A stretch of 64,000 bases of DNA from Octopus vulgaris (Eukaryota). The stretch's first letter is position 1. Every line of letters starts with the position of its first letter. Shown here one piece after another: positions 54,777-64,000 of the stretch. Both the position numbers and the translations under genes were made by a program. Where the stretch lies: assembly GCA_951406725.2 (NCBI GenBank), contig OX597836.1, forward strand, positions 1,426,001 through 1,490,000, read 5' to 3'. The notes under the pieces are model-generated. The model was not told the DNA's origin, made no database searches, and saw only the letters and a list, made by a program, of their open reading frames with translations.

Positions 54777-55282
54777 GAAGTTTTTGCCCCGGCAGCTGAC
54801 ACTGAACGGAAAAAAACATCGCGTCGAAATCGATCAAGAACTCCGTAAGCGTTCCGCTTACGACCCGTCTTTCAGGTCGAGGACTATCAATGGTGACGAC
54901 TGTTGGGTCTGCACAGCAGAGCCGCAGCTCAATCAAGAGTATGACAATCATATTTTTCGATATCCGCCATCTTGTTCATTGAGAATTAATCCGCCATCGA
55001 GAGTTGAGGGAGGACATCCAGCGAAAGCGACCGGATCGAGGGAACGCCAAGTATTGGGTTCTTCCCGACAGCAATGCATCCAGTCGCTAAACACTCCTCA
55101 CTCTTGACATTCTCTTTTTTTATCAAGCATAATTAGTCCGGGAAGTTTCTAGATGCCGCCTCGTATATATGTCTATATGAATATGTATATATCATTTAAT
55201 GGAGACGGTCACTGGCTAGTGTACTATTTCTGTCGATCTTACTTTAACGCAACAGCAAACTTTACTGTATATGAATATAAAC

Positions 55283-55690
55283 GTGGACTGACTGTGTGGT
55301 AAGTAGCTTGTTTACCAACCACATGGTTCCGGGCTCAGTCCCACTGCGTGGCAACTTGGGCAAGTGTCTTCTACTATAGCCTCTGGCCAACCCAAACCTT
55401 GTGAGTGGATTTTGTAGACGGAAACTGATAGAAGCCCGTCGTATATATGTATATATATATGTATATAAGTGTGTGTATTTGTTTGTGTGTCTGTGTTTGT
55501 CCTCCCGACATAGCTTGACAACCGATGCTGGTGTGTTTACGTGCCTGTAACTTTGCAGTTCGACAAAACAGACTGATAGAATAAGTACTAGGCTTATAAA
55601 GAATAAGTCCTGGGGTCGATTTGCTCGAATAAAGGCGGTGCTCCAGGATGGCCGCAGTCAAATGACTGAAACAAGTAAAAGAGTAAAGAG
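55283..55690 (+). mobile_element. Full-length SINE family A (sense orientation)
   Basis: CTGTGTGGTAAGTAGCTTG...CACATGGTTCCGGGCTCAGTCCC...CTTGGGCAAGTGTCTT...tail ACAAGTAAAAGAGTAAAGAG. Confidence 0.93.
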
Positions 55691-56426
55691 TAAATATCTA
55701 TCTATATGTATATATATATGTATATATATAGAAATATATATGTTTGAATATATATATACATACACATACACACATATATATGTGTGTATGTGCTCGTGTG
55801 TGCGCATGTATATTTGCGTGTATCTATATACATATACATAGATGTGCGCATATTAATCCAAACACACACACAGACATACATATGTATGTATGTACGTATG
55901 TATGTATGTATGCATGTATGTGTTACAGTCACTCAATGTATTTATGTAACTGAAAGTGTTTGGGTGAAAACTGTTATTATTTTGAAGTTACATCTCACAA
56001 AGAGTTTGAAAACCTGTCCATGGAGAATATTATTAAAAATTGAAGTGTTATTATTTAAGATTTTCAAGTAGTCAGTGAGATGTCAAGATTTTAATATTTG
56101 AGAGATTCAAGCCTTGCGAGAAAGTCTGTTTATCAGCGCCATCTGTCAGGTTTTGAGTACGACACATTAAAGCCACCGAACATCACATTCCTATTATCTA
56201 ACAAAGGAAACCGTTTCAATCAGAAGAACTTTCACAGTGATAACCTCCACGATTTTTATTGTTATGTTACTGGATCATGCGACGAGCATACATACATATA
56301 TTCGTACGTAGGTACGTACACATATACATCGCCATGCACACACATATCTATATACTTAGAGTCATGTGTCTAACAAGCCCCATCTCTCTCTGTACAATAT
56401 ATATATGTGTAACTGCATATATATGA

Positions 56427-56459
<33 letters not shown>

Positions 56460-56464
56460 AGTAT

Positions 56465-56514
<50 letters not shown>

Positions 56515-56749
56515 TATTATGTATATATATATATATATATAAGTATTACGTATATAGACGTATGTACATATGCATGTGTGTAAGAGAGCACAGAATTGCA
56601 AAACAAGGTTGGATGAATAGTACCCGACCGAATACCGAAGTTATGATATATATATATACATATGTGTGTGTATACATATATATATATATATATATATACA
56701 TATATGTATATATATCTATATATATATATTCATATATATTTGTTTTTGT

Positions 56750-56820
56750 CTATTTTATCTGTGAAAGTCATTTGACTGCAGCCATGCTGGAGCAGCGCCT
56801 TTCATCGAACGTATCGACCC
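56750..56820 (-). mobile_element. SINE family A tail fragment
   Basis: AGTCATTTGACTGCAGCCATGCTGGAGCAGCGCCTTT...ATCGACCC. Confidence 0.8.
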
Positions 56821-56822
56821 AC

Positions 56823-56859
<37 letters not shown>

Positions 56860-56862
<3 letters not shown>

Positions 56863-57058
56863 CTTTACTGCCCACAGGGGGCTAAAGATAGAGGGGACAA
56901 ACAAGGACAGACTAAGGTAGTACGTAGATTACATCGGCCCCAGTGCGTGACTGGTAGTTATTTAATCGACTCCGAAAGGTGAAAGGCAAAGTCGACCTCG
57001 GCGGAATTTGAAATCAGAACAAAACGGTAGACGAAATACCGCTGAGCATTTCGCCCGT
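56860..57058 (-). mobile_element. SINE family B copy with an alternative tail
   Basis: TTTCTTTACTGCCCACAGGGGGCTAAAGATAGAGGGGACAAACAAGGACAG tail plus standard core GAAAGGCAAAGTCGACCTCGGCGGAATTTGAA. Confidence 0.88.
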
Positions 57059-57287
57059 TTATGTGTATATGTGTGTGGAAGCTCAAATGCGTGTATATTT
57101 ATGTATGTATGTGCACATACATACCAAAGTATGTATGAATGTATCTATCTATACACACACGCATATACACATACATGCACACACACATATCTATACATAT
57201 GTGTGTATATATGATCATATATATGCAGATACGTATATGTGGGTGTCTTATGTATGTGTATGTACATGTGTTTACATACACATGTAT

Positions 57288-57340
<53 letters not shown>

Positions 57341-57948
57341 CATATATATACAGGTATATGTGTCTGTATGAATAAATGCCTATACATACACAAACACGTG
57401 CTTACACACACGAACAGACGTATTAATTTTCCTCCAAGCACTTCATGTTCACGCCACAACCTCGCGCCTAATAAAGCATAATACGTTTGTTTAGCTGAGG
57501 ACAAGTTGCGTGTTGGAACGTCTTAAACGGCCAGTGTCTTTTTTGTGCCAACCTTCTGGCTGTCTGTTCGGTTAAACCACTAAAATATGGACACAAAGGG
57601 TCTGTAAGTAGAACTCAACTCTCTAATGCCGGATTAACGAAATCTCCTTGATGGATAAGTCTATCTTGCTTATCTTCTCAGGTGACTTCTCTGAAACATA
57701 CTTATATGTGTGTGGATGTACGTATGTAATTATGATTTTACATGTACCGTGGCGTTCTTGTATAAAACTGTGCCGGTAATTGTATATTTCTCAAGCAATA
57801 TGCACCCACACACACAGACACCCACGTGTATATATATTCACATACACGGATATATATATGTATATGAATGTATATATGTATGTCTGTTTGTATCTATGTA
57901 TGTATGCCGATATGTATGTAGGCGAGTATAAATCTGTTTGTGTAATCA

Positions 57949-58007
<59 letters not shown>

Positions 58008-58011
<4 letters not shown>

Positions 58012-58159
58012 AATATTAGGGAATAAATCCAAATTTACACGGAAAAATCAGATTTAGGATTGAATCCAATTTTATAGTAAAATATTATATAAATTATTTT
58101 ATGTATTGGCTTAAGTCTTTCTTTGTTTGATTTGCATAATAGTGGTTTTGTCTCTAATT

Positions 58160-58165
<6 letters not shown>
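58008..58165. mobile_element. Short non-coding element embedded in (TA)n
   Basis: About 155 bp of non-simple sequence with pure TA runs immediately on both sides. Confidence 0.45.
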
Positions 58166-58229
<64 letters not shown>

Positions 58230-58459
58230 GTGTGTATGTATTTATTTAATGTGAATTGTTGTTGCCGCTGGACACGAATTCTATGGAATATAAGCAAGTA
58301 CTAATTTCTAACTTCGTTACATATTCACTTTATTTATCTGTCTATCTATGTCTCTACCAAATCTCTCTCCATTTCTCTGTCTCTCTTTCACTGTCTGTCT
58401 GCTTGCTTGTCTTTATACAGATATATATATATATATATATATATATACACTCTTTTCTC

Positions 58460-58875
58460 TTTACTCTTTTACTCTTTTACTTGTTTCAGTCATTTGACTG
58501 CGGCCATGCTGAAGCACCGCCTTTAATCGAGCAACTCATCCCCGGGACTTATTCTTTGTAAGCCCAGTACTTATTCTATCGGTCTCTTTTGCCGAACCGC
58601 TAAGTTACAGGGACGTAAACACACCAGCATCGGTTGTCAAACGATGTTGGGGGGACAAACAAAGACACACAAACACACACGCACACACACATATATATAT
58701 ATACATATATACGACGGGCTTCTTTCAGTTTCCGTCTACCAAATCCACTCACAAGGCTTTGGTCGGCCCGAGGCTATAGTAGAAGACACTTGCCCAAGGT
58801 GCCACGCAGTGGGACTGAACCCGGAACCATGTGGTTGGTAAGCAAGCTACTTACCACACAGCCACTCCTGCGCCT
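58460..58875 (-). mobile_element. Full-length SINE family A, well preserved
   Basis: Nearly identical to 35395-35803 end to end; intact A and B boxes; (TTTTACTC)n tail. Confidence 0.95.
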
Positions 58876-58917
58876 ATACACACGCACATACATATGTATA
58901 CAGATACACCCACACAT

Positions 58918-58996
<79 letters not shown>

Positions 58997-59662
58997 AATA
59001 GATTTATAAGTCTTCATATGGGGAGAGAAAGAGAGAGAGAGAGAGTAATAGAGAAGAAGAAGCGTCTATATACATAACTATAGGGCACTTCGTCCTTACA
59101 TCTCACGTAATGCATATAAACGTATTCCAAGGAACGGGAATGTTCTCATGCTGGTCACAGACACAAAATTTCAAAAGCAATAAACGTTCGGGATAAAAGC
59201 AAGTAAACCGCAGGTGAAGGATGACAGAAAGGCATGTAATAAAAATATGTGTAGCAATAATAAAATACAAGTTTGATAAAAGAAAAAACTGAAAATAGAA
59301 AATTAAAATTAACAAAAATCACTTGAGAAGAAAGTAAAGGAACTTTTCGGAACAGAGAATTCGGTTGGTTGATAAAACGAGTTTGTAATTATTATGAAAA
59401 GCATGGGAACTAATGAGACGACTCGATAGTATGAAGTATATTCACACGCTCCACTACTTGACAATAAATAATATATTTCTCAATTTCTGCATTGTTCAAT
59501 CAAAGATCCAACCTGAAATAAATGGACGTATTTTTCCTTTGTTATTAAAACGGCAAAAACCATTTGGAAATATAAATGTATTTGTGGCATATACACGCTA
59601 TTCACAAATTGATATGCATTTATGTATCAGCATTCCATAATTGCATACGCAAGCTCACATAT

Positions 59663-59706
<44 letters not shown>

Positions 59707-60109
59707 GTATTCTTCTGTGGTTTTCGTTTTTCTATAATCGTGTGATCTACCACTGTTACTCCCATTCTTTGTTATAATAAACTAACCTGAACAGGTTTCG
59801 CACCATCTGTGGATTAATAACAATTTAATAAAACATTGCAATGCATTAAGTCCTGTCTTGTGTGAATAGTTTTCCTAATCACCCGATTTAGACATCCTAT
59901 ATAAATATATATATATATATATATATAAAGATACACACGCACACAAACACACACACACACACACACACACACATTAAATATATGTGTATGTATGTATATG
60001 TGTGTATGTATTAATGGCATACCGAATTTTAAAGCATCACAATGAAATGCTGAGTTTCACCATTTTGCGGCTTGTCAGGCAATGTTCAAATAGTTTTACT
60101 AGTGACACA

Positions 60110-60772
60110 TTATCCTTTATTTTTAGGGGGATGAAATTCAACGTTGGTCTCAGCAGAGTTTGAACTTGGAACGTAAAGATTCGGAAGAAATGCAGCTAGG
60201 AATTTTCTCCGACGCTTTATCGATCCTGCTAATCAATCGATCTCAAACATGCAAGATAAAAATACTAAGAAATAAATTATAAACAAACATTACAGGTGGC
60301 AGATTTTCACCGTGTAAAGATGAGATCAAAGATAATTATAGCCCCTCCTATCATAAGCACACGGTCTGAAATTTGTGGGAGAGGTTGTATGTCGATTACA
60401 TCGACCGCTAGTTCTCAAATGGTACTTGTTCTTTCGATCCTGAAAGAAGGAAAAGAGAAGCGGACCTCGGGGGAATTTGAACTAAGATGAAATACCGCTG
60501 AGCATTCTGCCCGTCGTGCTGACGATTCTGTCAGCACGCTGCCTTAACTATAATAAAAATAATATTTTCTATTAAAGACACAAGGACTTAAAATGTTGGG
60601 GAGGGGGGATAGTCGATAACATCGACCTTAGAACTCAACTGGTTTTATCGACTTGGAAAGGATGATGGCCAAAGTTGACCTCGGTGGCATTTAAACCCAG
60701 AACGCAGAAACAGACGAAATGCTGCAACGCGTGTTGCCCGTTGTCCTGGCGGTTCTGCCAACTCGCCACCTT
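60110..60772 (-). mobile_element. Three tandem SINE family B copies (about 60110-60240, 60345-60545, 60565-60772)
   Basis: Three same-orientation repeats of the B-box region (TTTGAACT / TTTAAACC); the second and third end in GCCTTAA / ACCTTAA heads. Confidence 0.8.
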
Positions 60773-60858
60773 AACAATAAAATTAATAAATACTGTTATT
60801 TGTAGGTGACAATCAATAACACTACCCGTACAGCAGGACGTAAGAAAGACAAAAATGC

Positions 60859-60972
60859 TGCCTTTGAATGCTGGGTGGGACATCCGCAAAGGGTGATTCA
60901 GGGTACGAAACAATCAAATCCGGTTGACCCGGATACGCCAAAGGCAAATGCCTTCTCTCAGTCCCAGCTGAG
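60859..60972. other. Compact multi-hairpin sequence
   Basis: TGCCTTTG/CAAAGGCA, CATCC/GGGTG, ATCCGG/CCGGAT, AAGGCA/TGCCTT and CTCAG/CTGAG complementarities within 115 bp. Confidence 0.4.
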
Positions 60973-61049
60973 TCCTCTCTCTCCCTCTCTCTCCCGAGAT
61001 AGAGCGGGAAAATATATATACAGTATATACATGTATACACACACACATC

Positions 61050-61246
61050 AGAAGAAGAAGAAGAAGAAGAAGAAGAAGAAGAAGAAGAAGAAGAAGAAGA
61101 AGAAGAAGAAGAAGAAGAAAAAGAAGAAGAAGAAAAAGAAGAAGTAGAAGAAGAAGAAGAAGAAAAAGAAGAAGAAGAAGAAGAAGAAACAAGAAGAGGA
61201 GGAGGAGGAGGAGGAGGAGGAGGAGGAGGAGGAGGAGGAGGAGGAG
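61050..61246. repeat. (GAA)n(GGA)n polypurine tract
   Basis: Directly visible. Confidence 0.97.
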
Positions 61247-61702
61247 ATCAGAAAATAATGAAAGCAAGGAAAATGAGAGCAGCTGGTGTGAGTGAGAACA
61301 AGAAGAACAATAATAACAGACCCCATGCTATTTGTTATGTAACGGCTCCACCTCAGCTTGGTAGATGTGGAGCTGGATGATGTCGGGTGTCACCTTGCAG
61401 TACCCCATATGTTACACTATTAGGAAGATGGAAGTATGTGCCACCTCCTGCTTGGTGTATTAATTGAAAAACACAAGCCTCTTGGGGCGCTCAAAGGGGA
61501 CAATGGTTTCAGTTTCTATGTATATATGATTACATGTATGTATGTATGTATGTATGTATGTATGTATGTATGTATAGGCCGCTGGTATTTATAAAGAGTT
61601 AAACACTTCCGGTATGCAAATTAGGGACCCCTTCATAGAGTAACTGCTGCATTTTTGAGTTTATAAAGTTTCACTGCTCGTTTCTCTGGAGACTGTCAGA
61701 AT

Positions 61703-61767
61703 GATGTAGACACCTCTGATGAGAACCCAAGAAGGTTCTAAAATCGATTAAGGTTGTTCATTACATC
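61703..61767 (+). ncRNA. Type I hammerhead ribozyme motif (GAAA mutated to TAAA)
   Basis: GATGTA-GAC-ACCT-CTGATGA-GAACC-CAAGAA-GGTTC-TAAA-ATCGAT-TA-AGGT-TGTTCAT-TACATC: bipartite stem I with an internal loop, 5-bp stem II, palindromic ATCGAT stem III, UUA triplet; followed by a TA/CA tract. Confidence 0.75.
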
Positions 61768-61910
61768 CCCCTATAGATATGTATACACATACATACATAT
61801 GTATAAGTAAATGCATATAAATCCATATAAATACATATATATATATATATGTATATGTGTGTGTGTGTATACATATATACCAGGTACATTACAGAAGTTT
61901 AGGTATCTTT

Positions 61911-63809
61911 TAGGAGAGGCAATTATGTGTCCAACGCTATTATAATTTTAGCATATTTTAATCATGCATCTAATAAGCTTGCCTCTCGTCTTTAGCGGGG
62001 GAGCTACAAAATCTTTTAAGACCAGTCATGTGATTATCATCTACCAAAGAAGTCCTATTCAAAACATATATTAATTAGAGCAATGAACTCCCTATAAAAA
62101 TAGGAAAATAGGACAAGATTTGTCAGAAACAAGACAGTTGCGACATAAGCCGCGCCTTTCTATTTCCACTTTCTGAAAATCAGTGTAAACTTTGAAACCG
62201 GTTCAATCTTTAAATATAATTTAAAATATTTTAACTATTCTCAGTGCATTTTCAACTCCTATTTTTCCTTTATATATTCACCAGTGTCATTGTCAACGTC
62301 TGAAGCAGAGACTGAAAAATCAGATGAAGAATCCACACAAACAAGGAGGAAGTATAGCGAAACTAGAACTGCAACCAAGTTCATGATATCTTCCAAGCTA
62401 TCAACCGAAAAAGCAGCAGCAATTTGTTGACAATTATCTCAAGATACCCAATCTGGTACTTACAGATCGATTATCAAACACTACATTTAGAAAATTGGTC
62501 ATTGCATTAGGATGGTAAAAGCATTGATGACCAGAAATACCAAGTGCTAGTTTTAAAGAATGAAGCACTCCAGTTACCAAACAGAAAATCTGATACTGTT
62601 GTGAAAGGAATAACAGCTGTTTCAGATGAATACCATTTATGGAACTGTGTAAAGGTGATTGTCGCAGATATATCAAGTGTGAACACTGGGAAAAGAAGTG
62701 GCATTGTCATTCAGTTGTTAAGACTGTTTCCTGAAACGAGTTTGAAAGAACCGCAGTTTATTGGTTGTGAGCATCAAATCCTTGATAGAATTCTTTGTGT
62801 TGTAATGGATAACGAACTTGGAGAAGAAAAAAGTCATCTTCCAATATTGAATATACACTCATCACTGAACTTCAAAGTAATTACGAGACCCCCCACCCCC
62901 CGGCTAATTTCAACAATGGCAGAGAAAAGATTATTGAATCGGCAGGATGGCGAGATGACATGAAATTTCTATTTCATTTGACCAGAATTTCTCGTATTTT
63001 TGAAGAAATCGGCAAATATTCTACTGTAAAGTTTCAAAAAAATTACCCAACTTAAGTAATGCAAGATGGAATTCTCGAGCAATGCTAGCTCTTTCGGCAT
63101 TTATTCTTCTACCAGAGAAAAAAGTTTTGCTTCTTAACGCTTGTCGATTCATCACTTACAGCTGGGTAGATTTTTGGTTTACTGACCAAATGTTCAGTGC
63201 ACATGATTATCAGAAGTTATGTGGTAGCCTGCAAGTTCATAAAAAAGCACTGAACTCTGTAAAAAAACTTTTGGAGTTGAGAACCATCAAAACTGGAAAT
63301 TTCCAGAACAAGTCAGAGTGTAGAGTGGGCAATCAAGTACCCTCAAGGTCTTTATGTTTGTAAAAGAAAGAGAAACTTCAACTTCAGGATATTTCATCTA
63401 AGAAAACACAATAATTCTTTGATATGTTTAAAATTTTTTTATACTGTTATTTTAAATTTGAAGTAAACGTGTAAAGTTAAAAATATGTATTGTTTTAATT
63501 TTGTATGTTATGGAATGCTTGTAGTGGCCTCTATCGTAAAATAGCCTTTGCATTGAGCCTTTGCATTGAGCAATTTCAATTTAATAATCTTAAAAGTGTA
63601 TAAATACAATTTTATTCCAAGGATTTAGGCAGCGTAAATATTGAAGTGTGAATTTAGTGCTACCTAGTGATCATAGATTAAAAAAACCTAAAACTCCGAA
63701 ACTATTTCAATTAGAAAGCTGAAATTTCAGATATACTGTGTCTGCATTGCATTGAGTCAGCACACCAAGTTTTGGTAAAAACTTGAGCTGTCATTATGAA
63801 CCTCCCCTA
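61911..63809 (+). mobile_element. hAT-related (hATm-like) DNA transposon with decayed transposase
   Basis: WSLH*DGK...VIVADISSVNTGKRSG...FIGCEHQILDRIL...GWRDDMKFL...SNARWNSRA...RTSQSVEWAIK give the D, D, CxHH-like and E positions. Termini TAGGAGAGGCAATTATG and reverse-complement TAGGGGAGGTTCATAATG; flanks GTATCTTT and GAATTTTT match at 6 of 8. Subgroup assignment is from recall. Confidence 0.75.
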
Positions 63810-64000
63810 GAATTTTTCATGATTCGGGTTAAAAGTGGTGATCGATTTCTCAAGTTGGGGTGAGATTTTTTTTTGAAAATAAAGCAAAATAAATATTAAT
63901 GTTCTGACAATTATAAAATTATTTATCGAAATATAATATCGAGTTATTAGGTTATAAAAATTTCATAACCCTAAAACACACATAAATAAAAACATGTATA

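Noticed and set aside
58790-58875. tRNA gene
   Set aside because: A and B boxes are present but continue into the SINE body, recur in many decayed copies and do not give a complete cloverleaf.

Overview
Eukaryotic, AT-rich, extremely microsatellite-dense non-coding DNA. It is most likely from an octopus (coleoid cephalopod) genome; this is inferred from the tRNA-derived SINE families and the repeat landscape, not proven. I can support no intact host protein-coding gene. Almost every ORF in the supplied track is a translation of (TA)n/(CA)n or trinucleotide tracts. The real content is: (i) about 25 copies or fragments of three tRNA-headed SINE families, including three full-length, well-preserved copies; (ii) decayed retroelements: Penelope-like (RT and GIY-YIG), R4/Dong-type and other RLE non-LTR elements, and an RTE remnant; (iii) decayed DNA transposons: mariner, Tc1-like, and a near-complete hATm-like element with TIRs and a degenerate 8-bp TSD. 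The most interesting layer is a dispersed set of minimal type I hammerhead-ribozyme motifs and fold-back elements sitting inside or next to TA microsatellites. These look like Penelope pseudo-LTR or retrozyme-like non-autonomous elements. There are also closely spaced inverted SINE pairs (candidate ADAR substrates) and a few unique islands with regulatory motifs or RNA structure. Coordinates of decayed elements were read by eye and are approximate.
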